Positions 49,090 to 62,910 of a stretch of 64,000 bases of DNA are shown here, one piece after another. The position numbers and the translations under genes are program-made. The stretch's first letter is position 1. Each line of letters opens with the position of its first letter. This DNA comes from Nemertoderma westbladi (taxonomy: Eukaryota > Animalia > Xenacoelomorpha), in contig JAUCBJ010000486.1 in NCBI GenBank assembly GCA_032718475.1, forward strand, positions 1 through 64,000, in the 5' to 3' direction. The notes under the pieces were generated by a model that was not told the origin of the DNA, did not search any database, and worked only from the letters and a program-made list of their open reading frames with translations.

Positions 49090-50952
49090 TTAAATAGGTA
49101 TAAGAAGTAGAGAAAATAATAAGCGAAGATTAATTACTATATTATAAATTAGTTATTAAAAATGATTTAAATCGAAAATGACCTATTTTATTACAATTTT
49201 GTCCGAAACCAAAACATACTAAACAGAGAAATGCTTCCACTGCTTTGTTTGCATATTGTTTTAATACAGATGATCTTACTATAATATGCACAGTTTATCA
49301 AAGTTATCGCAGGACAATCAAATATCATTTATTATTCACCTCAATTATTAATGACATATAATATTTCATAAAAGAAATTATTGGTAATTCATCATAAAAA
49401 TTCTGGGGAATGAGATTTCACCACTCCACTGTTTCACCAGAAACTTTATAGTAAAAAACTGGAGGATTTAAATTTCCGCATCGCTAGTTTAATCTTTGTA
49501 ACATTCAATATTTTCAGCTATTTTCCTCCCCTAAAAAGGAACAAACGATCTCTGAAAGGAATGATGGGACATAATTTCTAAATTATTTAATAATAGTAAC
49601 TATATAAGATAAATACTAAAGATGAGAGGTCTAAAGTTACAAACAGTGATACGCATTGGGAGACAAAACAAATATAACCGGATGGAAAAACTATACCCGA
49701 CATCGGAAAAACAAGTAAAAAATACCAGAGCAGACACACATACCGTAATACCCACAAACACAACCAGGAAAACAAACACAACAGGATAAACCAAAATGTC
49801 AGCAAATTCATAAAACAAAACCGCACTAAAGTATAAGTAAACCCTATACTTACTAGGCCTACTGCAACTAAACACTATAATACACATCTCACCATTTGCG
49901 GAATACTTTAAAACACCAGAAACTCAGAAAGTAATGTTAATACATTTACATTGTTAAATAAAATTACGAACATTTTATACGTGGCACTATTTTGAATAAT
50001 TGGGTTTTGAAAAAGTACCGGTACACTACAAAAGCGAAATTACTAAACAAATTAATAATAATTGTTATTGTTAATGTTTATTGCCACTCAATATATGTGG
50101 CGGTAAAATTCTGAAACGCGATTTGTGAAGCTATACACCACATTATTTCTCACAGCTGAAATATTAGGAAGATAAACTGATAAAAGTTAAAATGGGAAAC
50201 TTTTATAAATTGTCGGCATAATTTAAATTCATTTCTGATGCGTTAACTTTGGGAAAGAACATCGCTAATCGTACCAGAGCAGAGGCTACGTGGCATGGAG
50301 CCTCTAAGGGGAACATAAAGTCATATTTACATAATTTATTATTAAATGTTGTTTATTGTTTCTGAAATATCAACAGAAACAACAAGTATTTATTGGAGTG
50401 AGTACAAAACAAAGACCCAAAGAGTAAAGACCTGTGCAAAACACGTGTTAACTTTCTTTTATTGTTTTGGTTTCCCCAACACGCATCTGTAACCTGCTCC
50501 TTTACTAACCTGCTCCTTTAAATGGCAATGAGAACTAACGCTCTTTGGGACCTAACGCGACTTTACCTCTTTGTTTTGTACAGGTATTGAATCTTTCGGT
50601 CTTTGTTTTGTACTCACCCAGTATTATTGTATGAAGGAGCAGCATCTGTTACATTAACAGATTAACAACATTATATTAATATTAATAACTCGGCAAATAA
50701 TATTGTGCATCTAGAAATATTAAATTATATGCTAAATAATGACAAGAAGGAATTATGTGCCAAAAAAATAATAAATTATTACGTAAAACACAAAAATTAT
50801 CGCTGACGCTGATTAATGAAATACGTTCATCTAGAAACAGCTATATATTTTATTTATATTATAGCCTAATATTAATTAGCTACGTGTAGTAGTGAAACAC
50901 ATTCTTCTACTGCTTCGCGGGAGGTTTACATTTGTTGCAACTTAAATACTCC

Positions 50953-51784
50953 CACCATGTCCCAGAATATAGTGTCGTTATTCAGGTACTTGCCCCTGCC
51001 ACCCCAAGAAATTTTTCTAGAAATCATAATTAGATTGCCTTTAATTTTAAATCGAGTCAGTTTCACCTCCCTCCTCCTTGCTGGGTGAGCCAGAATTTTT
51101 ATTTTTGCTTTCAATCTTTAGCTACAAGCGTTTAAAAAAGGTGTATCCGCCAATATTACACCAGTTGCTGGCCGTGCAAGGATTCCAAATATGTAAAATA
51201 TTTGAATTTAGTTGGGAAATAGATGAGATATTGGCATTCGAATTTTGCATGTATTTATATACTTCCGCTGCATGCCATTTATTCTATATAACAAATGCAA
51301 AATGTTCTAGAACATTTTACTTATGATGTATGGATAACCCTATACTAGATTATTATACAGGCATTGCATTGTTGCCCAGCTACTTATGAGATACACAAAA
51401 TGTTCTAGAACATGGTGTATTTATTAAATAGAATAAATGGCCTGCAGGGGAAGCAAATACATGCAACTTTGGAATGCCCATAACTCGGCAATTTCCCAAC
51501 CAAATTCAAATATTTTTACATATTTGGAATCCTTGCATGGGCAGCTTTTCACTAGAAAAATCACTATACGACTGGTATGATATAATGGAGACACTTTTAG
51601 CTTTTACTTGTAGCTACAAATTGAAAGCAAAAATAAAAATTCTGGTTCACCCAGCAAGGAGGAGGGAGGTGAAACTATCTCTGTTTCAAATTTCATGCAA
51701 TCTCATTAAAATTAGTGGAAAAATTTTTTGGGGGGGGGGGGTGGGTACCTGAATAACTTTCCCACTATATTCCAGGACATGGTG
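50953..51784. mobile_element. Foldback/MITE with long (~350 bp) diverged inverted arms
   Basis: CACCATGTCC.. / ..GGACATGGTG ends. The translated arms are nearly the same (KAKIKILAHPARRREVKL vs KAKIKILVHPARRREVKL on opposite strands). Confidence 0.8.
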
Positions 51785-52244
51785 TATTTTGTGTACATAT
51801 GTATGATTTATAGAAATACGCCATGTTCAATAAATTTTGAAACCGTAACAGTTCCGCCCGTTGTAACATTGTAAAAATAGGGTACCTAACCAAAATAGCT
51901 AACAAAAATAATACAAATCAACAAAACCGAAATCAGGTAGGCCTATTCGCTATTCCACAATATTACATTACAATGTTACAGATAGCCAAACTCTATAGCC
52001 ACATAATTATTTAATCAAACTTTCCCAGTTTTATTTCTTTCAATTAATTTGAGTATTTTTTAAATTTAATTTCTGTATTTTTGGAATGAAATTAAGTGAC
52101 TTTAAACTACAAACAGTGAGACACACTCTATAGGCGGACAGATTCAACCGGACGCGGACAGACATACAAGTCGGACAAACAGGAACCGGACAAAAGGAAT
52201 CGGAAAAGCGACTGCGAGAAACTACCCAACAACAAAGAGGTTAT

Positions 52245-53267
52245 TCACGTTGTTGTCTCTGGGGCCGGTTTCAACTCTTTTATCTGTTTAATCAAATAGT
52301 TCCGCTCATCCGTAAATTGCTCGTCGTCTGTGCGATCAGTCTGGAAATGCGACAGAAATTCAACCAACTTATCCTTATTCTTCAACAATATCTCGAGAAT
52401 CTCCTTGGATTTATTAGGATTAGCAACGAACACCTTAAAAACATGGAAGGCCTCGAACTGAATGTTTCTGGACGTGTCCCGCAACATATTCATAAGGAGT
52501 TTAAGGTTATCCGGGTTGCCTATATAGCGACTCATCGTTGTGAAGTTGTGACGATCCAATAACATCTCCCCTAGCAGCTTCAAGGATTGTCGTCGTGTCA
52601 CGTAATTATCCGATTTGACTAACTTCGTGTAATTCTCGAAAACGCGAGAGTAATTACTCAATAGAAACTCACTGCACATAACTTTATGGCGAGTGAGCAA
52701 CTCCTTGAAGGTGCTGAACGCATCAGAGGATATATCGAACGCGTTCAACTCGACATACTCGAAAAATTTATCGAAATAGGTCGAGTAAAGAATTATTTTA
52801 GCGAGGGCTTCGTAACGGCATGCTTCACGCAACATAATTCCGCAATTGAGGGCAATATCTGGGTTCTCGTAGCCGCGAATAAGTGCGAATAAAATATCCT
52901 GTTTGGTGCAAACGTACTCGACGGTTGGCTGTCTAGTACCGATCTGACGACGCAAAACGTTGTTGAAAATTTGAGCGGCATCTTTTTTGGACTCGAAATC
53001 AATTCTTTCTAAGTTTTTAATGAGGGAGGGAAGACAGTCAGTTGAGTAAAGTTCTTGAGCGAGCTGAGCCACTATTTCGCCTTGAGGTTCCTGCTCCCCC
53101 GTTCCGAAAAGTATAGCCTTCATGCCTTGAAGGCTCTTACGGACATCTTCGTTTACTCTCTCTGTTTTTTTACTATCGGGTTTATTGAGTTCAAGATAGG
53201 TCAAGGCGTCTCGTAAAGTTTTTGTGATTTCAGTGGGTGTTTTCTTGCTGCTCCCGAAGAATGGCAT
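52245..53267 (-). CDS. CAB39: Calcium-binding protein 39 / MO25, single exon, 340 aa
   Basis: Full-length hallmark sequence: [73 protein letters not shown]. Confidence 0.97.
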   Translation of the reverse strand: MPFFGSSKKTPTEITKTLRDALTYLELNKPDSKKTERVNEDVRKSLQGMKAILFGTGEQEPQGEIVAQLAQELYSTDCLPSLIKNLERIDFESKKDAAQIFNNVLRRQIGTRQPTVEYVCTKQDILFALIRGYENPDIALNCGIMLREACRYEALAKIILYSTYFDKFFEYVELNAFDISSDAFSTFKELLTRHKVMCSEFLLSNYSRVFENYTKLVKSDNYVTRRQSLKLLGEMLLDRHNFTTMSRYIGNPDNLKLLMNMLRDTSRNIQFEAFHVFKVFVANPNKSKEILEILLKNKDKLVEFLSHFQTDRTDDEQFTDERNYLIKQIKELKPAPETTT

Positions 53268-55025
53268 TATTTATATCTGTTATATAGTCTTTATTTATAC
53301 GATACTGCGATACCGGTACCCAGTACCGGTAACACTATGCAGTACCGGTACCGGTGCGATAGGCCTTCAGATCACTAGGCCTACTCCCTATTGCTGTGCT
53401 GTGCAGTGCAGCTGTTAGTAGCGAGTCCAGGAGTCTGCTGGACTGTACAGCTGCAGGCAAAGCGCTGCACTACAACACGGAACTGCTGAACTGTAGCGGT
53501 GAGTAGGCAGGTAGGTGGGTGAGGTATTATCAGCCTGCTGGCCTGTCACAATCTGACAGTGTTGCAGTGTTAGACTTACAACTCTGCAATCGTCTTTCAG
53601 ATATTACCGGTATGGGTATGGGGTTGTTAACCTAAGTCCGAAGTTCTAGTTGTACAGTATGATCGTATGCAAAACGGTAGCTAACGTATTTGCCTATCGT
53701 ATTTGGATCAATAGTTAATCCTATGTGCTTTACCGTTTATTAGCTTTATTATACCAGTTCTTAAACTTGTTATGATCAGCATGATATTGCTCTAGGCCCT
53801 ACTTAAATTGAGTTGCTTGGAGTCGGAAAGCTTTATTACAATACTTAGAGGCTTTTACAACCAAGTTAAACAATTATACAATGAGAGTTAATGGGATTGC
53901 GCAAAATAACGGTGTTTAATGGGCTTAAAAATAATGTAATAATTAAATTTAAAACATTAAGGGAAGGGAAAGGCATGTTACAAACTGACAAAGTGCCGGT
54001 GTTTTCTAACCAAATCAATATCTGACTTAGTGTTAAATTTTTGTGTTTTCACTTGCATGCAGTCATTTTGCGCCACTGAATGCGACTATATTGCAGTATT
54101 AAGCTACAGGAAATGGAACACTATATCCACTGGTGGACAGACCGACAGATTTCCGCTGCTACACCAGGTGTGACCAGTACGCAATTAATAAACTGCTGCT
54201 CCTTTCTCTTTTGTAGGACTTTAGGTCTAACATTCCTACAGTATTTATACATAAAGTATCACTTTCATGCATTTTTTGCATGGGCATTCTTTCTGGACTT
54301 TGTGACTAATGCATTTTTCGGTTAAGCGCAATCATCTGATGATTGAGATTTTGGCTATTGAATGGGATATAATCTTAGGCTCGATACAAGACAAGGAATG
54401 CCGGTTCGACCACTGAAAGATGAATGACATCGTTGGGCTAGACTGCAGCATTTAAAGCACTATGCAGCTATGCCCAAATAGTGCTACCCCATCTAGGGAT
54501 CGAACCAGGTCTTCCTAATTGGAAGCCCAGGAATGTAAGACCAAGCTGCTGCTTTGTCCAAGCTACCGCTTTTGTTACCGGTAGTCAATTATTATATTTG
54601 CAGAATCGATTATCCAATGCTACAATTATGGGTGCGCTGTAATAATTTTGGTAATACAGTACACTGAGCAGCTATGAATCAACAGCACATTTGTGTAGAA
54701 AATAACCTGTTAACAAAGTAATCTGTTAGCAACGTACACAAGGAACATTACGAAGCTCAGAAGCACGCTTGCAGGGCAAGGGGTGAATGCTATATGCGTA
54801 CGGTATGATGTAGATGTGGGGGGAGCCATGATAGTATAGCGATCTTAGCATACGGGTAGCACTATTATAATCAGCGTGCCTGTACAGTATCTGTAGATCT
54901 GTCGATCCGAATATTTTAACGTTAATAACTCTCCGTTAATCAAACCAAACTTGGTACATACGTAGCTTGGCAAAAGTTTCGAAATTTTACAAGTAGAATT
55001 TGTGGGGGTCCCATGATGCATGATT

Positions 55026-56270
55026 GTGTTTGAAAAAGGTGGACTGGACACAGAAAACATGGACAATGGACAGACCAATCACGGGCAATTTGCGTCACAC
55101 CGCATGTCCACCTTTTTCAAATTTGAATAAGGTGGACTGGGTTGAGAAAGAACAGGCAATGAATTGACCAATCAGATTGATTTGCACATTATAGCAGCTC
55201 TGTCCACGTTTTTCAAAAAATTTCAGAAGGTTTTTATGGATTATTAATGTTATTATTATCCCATACTTACTGTGAACAACCAGCCAACCTAAGTTGTTGA
55301 AATAGGCCTAGTTCAATCATGGGGCGAGCCACGCGAAGTTTGTGAGCTGAGCCTTACCAGCCTTAGCATCAATATTTGAACGTCAATATTCTAACTCATT
55401 ACAGTATAAAGTTAATTATAATAACTACAGTAGGCCTACCTATTGTACTGTGCTGCTATATGAGGGAAATATAATATGCTTTATTTACCGTCCATCCCGA
55501 GATCTGTTATTAAACGACCGAGCGCAGCGTGGGAGGTAAATAAGTCCCCATATTTTGGGAGTGGCGGTCCGAAACCCTAATTCAAAGTGGAAATGGAGGC
55601 CCAAAACCTTAATTAAAACTGTCATGTAACGAATTGTAACCCCTTAAATATTTAAACCACTTAAATATTTTGGGTCCTAAATTCCACAAAATTTCTTAAA
55701 TTAGAGCATCGGGACTTTAAGGTTACCGGTATAGGGTTAATGACAGTTTTAATTAGGGTTTGGGCCTGACCAACTAACCCGACAACAAAAATAAACCAAC
55801 AAATCTAAGTTAAAGTGCTGTACGGTACGCTAGACCTAATACAGTATTTATTATACAGGTACTGTAAGTCTATATAGGTGGACAATCCGCGCGGGGGGGG
55901 GGGGGGGGGGGGGGTAGATACTCCTAGGACACCGGCAGACCGGCAGCATTCTTAATGCAGCTGCTTCCAGCATGCCCATTATAGATAGATAATTGAAACC
56001 TGAAAAAGGTGGACAGTCCAATCACTAATAAATAGAGTGGCTTTAATACGTTTCTGATTGGTCAGACTATTATCTATGTTTTTTGTGCATGTGTCCAGTC
56101 CACCTTTTTCAAACACACATCTTATTCCCAATTATGTAACTAAGAAAGCGAAACTTGAAAAAGGTGGACAGACCAATTGGTACAAACTGCTTTGCATAAT
56201 ACGTTTCTGATTGGTCTGTCCGTTGTCCATGTTTTCTGTATCCACTATCCAGTCCACCTTTTTCAAACAC
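55026..56270. mobile_element. TIR element/MITE between CAB39 and EXOSC1, with other repeats nested inside
   Basis: Perfect 23-bp TIR GTGTTTGAAAAAGGTGGACTGGA; repeated AAAAGGTGGAC and CCAAT subterminal motifs. Confidence 0.75.
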
Positions 56271-57463
56271 CCGTCTAGAGTACAGATTGCATGTAGCTCT
56301 CCCTGCAAAGCCTGGAAGCAGATTGCAGAGGTATGGTACCGGTACCAAGGCTGGACTTGTATTCATTCAATCTCGTACTGAGGCCCATCACTGTAAGACT
56401 GTTGTTACCTCGTTAAGACGATTACCGTGTGACCCTGACGTTACGGTAAGAAATTGCAGAATTGTGATATTTTGTCCGTACAGCAGCCGTCATGCTGCCG
56501 TTCATTGCCGTACGGTTTCACCGTACGGCAATGTTTACGTACGGTCGCCGGAGGGTCGCTTTCAGGAGAGGTTCCACACGCCGTACGGTCAGGTTGAGAT
56601 CACCGTACAGCCGTACTGCCGTATGCACGATTATGAAAATGCACAACGCTGTTCACTTGCCCTAATATTCCTTAGAATCATTTTCAACAATAATGCTGAA
56701 ATCTCCTGGCAAGCAGTTTTTCTTTCTTACGCTACGGTAGGCCTATCTTTGTATTTTTTGATGAAAGTAAGAGAAAGAATTCATAAAGAATTATATTGAA
56801 AAAAATTAAATTAAATCATTTGATTTAAATCATTGATTTAAATCATTGATTTAAATCATGATTTCAATCAACCCTGATTGTAAGTGTAAGTGATACTGAT
56901 GGGCTGGTAAAATGAGATATACATTTTTAAGGATTGATACTGATGTGCCACCAACAAACAGTATTTTTTTTACAAGTTAGGCCTAATAACGCCCTGTTGA
57001 TTTTTTTGCAAAAATTTTTTAAAATAAATGTTTTACATTTTTTTAATTTAATGTTATTTGTTTGTAATTTAATTTAATTGTTATTTTTTTGTGATAATCA
57101 TGGTCATGTGCCATCATACCGTGGCCGTATGGGCGTATGCGTGTACGGTCGCAAAACAACTGCATATTCCATTTGGCACCGTACGGTCATGTATACAGGT
57201 ATATGAGGCCGTACGTTGACTTCACGGCCGCCGTACGACGTTGTCGTACGGTTGTCGTGCGGCCGAATTTAAATCCACCTTTACTGTATTATTACTGTAT
57301 TACCAGATTACAGTTTATCATTTCTACTGTCAGCGTTCAATTTGTACGGTAGCAGGTCGACAAAACTTCCTTTTCCTTAGCCAGTTAGTTGTAAAAGATT
57401 CCATTTGCGGATTTCTGGATTTGTATCTCTCTAATTTGCAATTACTTGTACTACTGAAAAACT

Positions 57464-58072
57464 ATGTCAATAGCCGGGAAAATTGTAATCCCAGGTCAGC
57501 AAATCGGAGATACGCGAACGAATACGCCAGGTAGAGGTACCTACATTCACGACCGACTAATATACTCAACACTGTGCGGCAGAACAGTAGACACACCGGC
57601 TGGGACTGCTTCCGGTTCAGACAAAACCCTGCCGTTAATAGAAGTACAGCGATATCAAGGTGCCAACCTAACGCCCAGTCCAGGAGACTTGGTCACATGT
57701 AAAGTAATTAATTGCACCTCAAAGTCCGTGAAAGTTGAAATCCATCGAGTTAGAAACCACCAGTTGAAGGAGTCTTTTAAAGGTCTCATCCGCAGAGAGG
57801 ATATCCGTGCCAGCGAGAAAGACCGAGTGGATGTTTCTCGGTGTTATCGCTGCGGAGACGTGGTTTTAGCTCGTGTTTTATCTACTGGAGACAGTCGATC
57901 CTACCTTCTGACTACTAGCGAGAACGAACTGGGGGTTGTCTCGGCGCGTAGCCAGGGCGGTAGTACTGCCATGGTGCCGGTATCCTGGTGTGAGATGATG
58001 GACCCTCACACTAGGAATACAGAGCCTCGGAAAGTGGCTAAAGTTCAACCTCATCATATTGTGTATAGCTGA
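57464..58072 (+). CDS. EXOSC1: Exosome complex component CSL4, single exon, 202 aa
   Basis: IPGQ..PGRGTY..IYSTLCG; S1 domain FKGLIRREDIRASEKDRV..GDVVLARVLS; LLTTSENELGVV; MVPVSWCEM..EPRKVAKV. Confidence 0.96.
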   Translation: MSIAGKIVIPGQQIGDTRTNTPGRGTYIHDRLIYSTLCGRTVDTPAGTASGSDKTLPLIEVQRYQGANLTPSPGDLVTCKVINCTSKSVKVEIHRVRNHQLKESFKGLIRREDIRASEKDRVDVSRCYRCGDVVLARVLSTGDSRSYLLTTSENELGVVSARSQGGSTAMVPVSWCEMMDPHTRNTEPRKVAKVQPHHIVYS

Positions 58073-61000
58073 ATTCTTTAATATTCGACTTGAACCTGTA
58101 ATAATATAATTGCCGCGTTCTTGTCAGAACCACATAACTCGCGATTTTTTTAACCTAATTCAACAAACCATTTTTCATTTAAATATTGGAGGGGGGTGGG
58201 GGGTATCACATATCACAATCTAAATTAATCTCTCTCTAAGGGAAAAATCTATCAAAATTACTTCTAATTACCGGTGCTTTAAAGAAACTGTAACCTTTTC
58301 TATTGAGTTTCGTTTATTGTTTTGGTTATAATAACATGCCTGGTTCTTTCCCACCGTAATTGATTATTATCATTATTTTACAACAATTGTTATTTACATT
58401 CCAAATAATAGCATTATGTAAAAAATATAATACAAGTAATAATTGAACAACTACGTAAATGGTGAGTAACATACTGAGATAATCCAGGCAATAGTTACTG
58501 TATTTCTGTTAGATTAATATAAGCGAATGATCCAAAATAAAATGTACGAGGCAGGTATTAGTTGTTAGTTATACAGTAGTTAGCTCGCTAGATAACTTAA
58601 CTACTTCTAACTTCTGAGAAATATGAAAAATATATAAAATATATTAAAATGTAAAAATAACATGTTAAATTGATTGCTAATTACTAAAATGACTGAAAGT
58701 TTATATGCAACATGCGTACAGTGTTTGAAGGGGATCTATATGAATTGAATTAACATTCTCAGAATGTAATTAATTCCAGACTCATACATGACTGCCGGCA
58801 AAACGGTTTCTAGAGACAACTGTACCTTTACTTGTATACTGTACTTTGTTGTAGAACGGTTGAAAGTATGATAATATGTTAGAGTAGCTCTATTGGTTAG
58901 AAGAATAATTACAGTAGACATAAAATACGAGTCTGGTGAAATCGTCTGTAAAAAGACAAATTGGCATTTGGTGAACGGACATTTCTGCATGCGGATTCTT
59001 GACATTGTCCTCCACTTTCTGGCGAATTGTTAAAGGTTGATGTGATTTTTGTGCAAAAATATAGACATATTGGGTGTACCGGTAGGCATATAAGGGCACT
59101 TGTGTAAAATCATGTAAAGGAAATTTTCTGTACTTAAATAAAATTTACTAAAGGCAAAATGGCCAAAGATGGTGCCATTGCCACTAACTTATATCGATCA
59201 TAGCATGTCAAGTACTGTGATATAAAACTGATAAATAGCTTTCACCAGGTACCAAATATATTTGACCAAAAAACCGACGAAATAGTGTTGAATGCGCTCC
59301 AACAAATGTTAAAGAACTGGGCGGAAACCCATCCACAATGGCTTGTATTAATGAAGGGGTTTTTTGAACCGAAGAAACTTCTGAGTAAGTTTGGAGCCAA
59401 ATGTTTATCACTAGCGCTATGTAGCACTGAGTTTGAATGGTATTCATGAAGTCTGCTAGTCCCGATACCAGGTAAGACCGGGCTAAGTAGGCATATACAT
59501 AATACTTAGGCCTGTAAGCGTCACCGTACCGGTGACGCTTACATTCAGTATAACTTTCAGTTTATCGTTGTACCGGTAGGGTTGAGCTTCAGCTGATAGG
59601 TCTACTTGCATCCCCCACTTGCACCCATCGAATTGTATCGTAAATCAGTGTATCGGTAGGCCTACTGATATTAGGATTCGCATCTATTCAGCGACTCAAC
59701 CAATATTCAAATTGTCACATTCGACGGATAATATAACAACTTCGAATTCGTCTTAAATTTTACATTTACTTACAATACAGTAGTTTAAAACGACCGATGG
59801 AGTAATTGAAGAAATCTGATATATAAATTTTCAACTTTTTTCATAAACACCAAAGCTAAGTTATGGGAATATCTTGTGTGGCTGAAGTTGTCATCCACAT
59901 AAATCCCAAATTTGCTGATTGAAACTGGTGTACAAACAACATAATACTGAAATTGCCAACCAGCTAGGCGAACAACCTAGCTTCCAATTTCAGTAGAAGG
60001 GGATCAAGGATATGCCTACGTACAGTATTTTATCAATTGATCTAAAGGCAGGTATAAATTATACTGCAGGTGGGAATATCGCCAATAAGACGTCGACGAG
60101 AATGAACACGTCACGAGAGTCTATATAAGAGAGTGTAGAAATCTCTATTAGATATACGTAAACGTCATTCCCAACATAACAACGAGTGATGCTTTTAGTT
60201 TGCTTTAAACTGGTTGTTAAAAACAGGTCCGTTTAGGTTTGCCCTTACTCGCTTTAACTGTCATTTGTAAACCTACAGTACTAACTAGGGCTAATTAAGT
60301 TAAGTATGACTTTTTAGTTTTACGAGACAGGGGGGGGGGGGGGGGGGGACTGGACGCAAATCCATCTTGGCGAATTAATATCCCGCCTCAATGTTAAATT
60401 CTCAATTTAGGGAAAGGAGCAGATTACAGTGGCACATTATTAATTTAAACAAATAAAATGAACTAAACACAATAGAACAGGTTACAGTTTTATTTTTGAG
60501 CGTAATCAACTGTTATTTGCGTCGAATTTCCCCTGGAGAGGGATTAATTTTTATTGCGTCGAAAGTACCCCCTATCTGAGTTTTACAATACTCGTCTTCT
60601 TCATTAGCCTCGTTGTGCTCGACGACCTTTATGACTATGCAAAGTCTCGAAACTGTGCGAGTCCGAGTAACTGCTGATTTATAGCAGATGGATACTCGTA
60701 TCCACTGCACAATTCGTTGCGTTCGTCATATACAACCTGGTCACCAAATACCTTACAACATGCCATTATCAGTATTGGATAAAATGACATATCGTCCAAT
60801 AAGCTAATTATTTATAAGCTAGTATTGTTAAAAACAGTAGGCCCTACTCGTTATTAGGAGTATAGTCAACACAGCTACTTGTCTTTATTACAACCCTCGT
60901 TGCAGTCGTCCTGTACATCTGGTTACCAACATACTGTAACTAGCATAAAACATTCCACCATCGGTACTGAACTAAATGACATATCGTTCAATATGCTAAA

Positions 61001-61838
61001 CAAGGTTGTTTATGAGTATTGTCAAAACAATTCTCGTCTCCTTCATTAGCTTCGTTGCGCTCGTCCTGAAGGCCCCACGCAAATTATATTTGGAGAATTC
61101 AGAAACTTTTGTCAACAACATGTGTAGGCCTAACAACTCAATGAGGATTAGCTGAGTTATTAACGTTTAAAAACACGGATCTACAGACACACCGATTGAG
61201 TTAGTGGTGCACCCGTAATGCTAAGCTCGCTTACTTTCGTGGCTCGCCCCACAGGTTGATTACCAATTACTTCAATTTCTTATCCACATTGCCAATTATG
61301 TTTTTTTTAAATCATATTAAATATGTTTAAATTTCCGAATATAATTACATACGGTATGGTACTACTAATCGTAATAAAACGAATCGTAATACGATACTAA
61401 GTTCGTGCAATCTCAAAAGCTTTTCCGCGGATCTACAGTAACCTGAGCTTTCTTATCGGACTTCCACTAACCACAGTAAATTACTGGATAAATTTAACGA
61501 TTATTTTTATTGTAATTTTGATTAGAAAACTTACATTGATTAATAATTTCTAGAAAAAGATTGTTTTCAAGTTTATAATTATTGTCTTTGTAGATTTATT
61601 TTCGAACACAACCATTCAAACTAATAATACATCGGAGAGTTTGCTGCTTTACTGTAGCTATATAATGAATCGGACAAAATTAGAAGATACATTTCCTCTA
61701 TTTCTTCACATCAACGATATTAAATCAACGTCTTTCGTCAGAATTTAAATACATCGTAATAAGATACAGTATTATGTTTGCCTATAATATACAACATTAA
61801 TACATATATTGCTTGAATGTTAAAGAACAAAAGTGTTA

Positions 61839-62027
61839 TTATTTGAAGAAGCAACTTATAGTAGGAGGACAGACAGGGTTGCATGGGTCGCCGTTCCATT
61901 TGCAGGATCTCTTAACTTCATCCTGGTCATCGTCTACGAATTCCGCTGTTTCAGGGACCTCATCAGCGTTTGCAGATAATGAACCCTGACGTTGGTGGTG
62001 GTGGTTACCTTTTAATAGATCAGCAAC
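61839..62027 (-). CDS. Probable last coding exon of a secreted Cys-rich peptide precursor
   Basis: Acceptor TTATCCTACAG|GTT in phase 0; acidic pro-region ..EFVDDDQDEV-KR followed by SCKWNGDPCNPVCPPTISCFFK*. Confidence 0.6.
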   Translation of the reverse strand, partial: VADLLKGNHHHQRQGSLSANADEVPETAEFVDDDQDEVKRSCKWNGDPCNPVCPPTISCFFK

Positions 62028-62599
62028 CTGTAGGATAATCACAGAAAATGTAATTTAATGGATTAATCAGCTAGACTCTCCATGTTTATTCGGTTATATG
62101 GAATTTTAAATAATTATCAGGTTTAGACAACGTTTTGATTTTAATTTAAACATAACAGTATTTATTAAATTCTTGGAGTTAATGGCGCAAATGACCGCTA
62201 GCACCAAATACAGTATGCTTTTAGTTGGTTAACAAACTTACTTTAATATAATTTAAAACATTAGGAGAAAGGAATAGGATACAGTGTTGTTTTTCTAACC
62301 AAAACAATAAACCAAACTTTATTTCATATGAGAAGGTTTTGTAGAGTGCGGTTACCACAAATCAAATGTTCCTAATTGGAAAAATTTATTATAACTACGT
62401 AATTGTATTATGTGCTAATTAATAGGTGATCGCACTAGGGCCCTTTAGAATAATACATCGCGGTGTTTTCTGGGACTATAGTAAAGTAAATTATAAGCCA
62501 GGCAATAGAAACCATCAGTATTCTAGTGTCCATTAATTAAATATAAGGTTATTTTTGAGTAGTTTTTTAAGTATACAGTATTGAGTAACAGAAGGTACA

Positions 62600-62910
62600 A
62601 TGGAGATGATCACCCATGACGTTGCTAGATCATCCGCATCTTCAAGGCCAGTGTCCTTTAATAGGCGTCTAAGAAATTCCTGGGCTGTCCACCATGCTTA
62701 TACAGTCCATGAGGCCGCCAAAGCACAAGATTATGCACTGGGTGCGGTCTTCACGGCGAAAGCAATGTCCTACAAAGAGGAGGCGGTTCCGTTCAAGTGT
62801 GAAACTAGGGGAGACTCTTGAAATACCTCCAAGGTTATGTGGAGTCTGATTGGATATGTGTTCATAGAACAGTTGTTGTACTTGACAGAATAAACCCGGC
62901 ACCCTACCTA
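62600..62910 (-). mobile_element. Decayed 3' fragment of an RTE-like LINE, same family as 6090-6470
   Basis: HISNQTPHNLGG..SPSFTLERNRLLFVGHC..QCIILCFG aligns with the 6165-6495 peptides. Confidence 0.7.

Noticed and set aside
56287-56799. 170-aa ORF upstream of EXOSC1
   Set aside because: Non-ATG start, runs through CCGTACGG MITE repeats, and has no domain signal.
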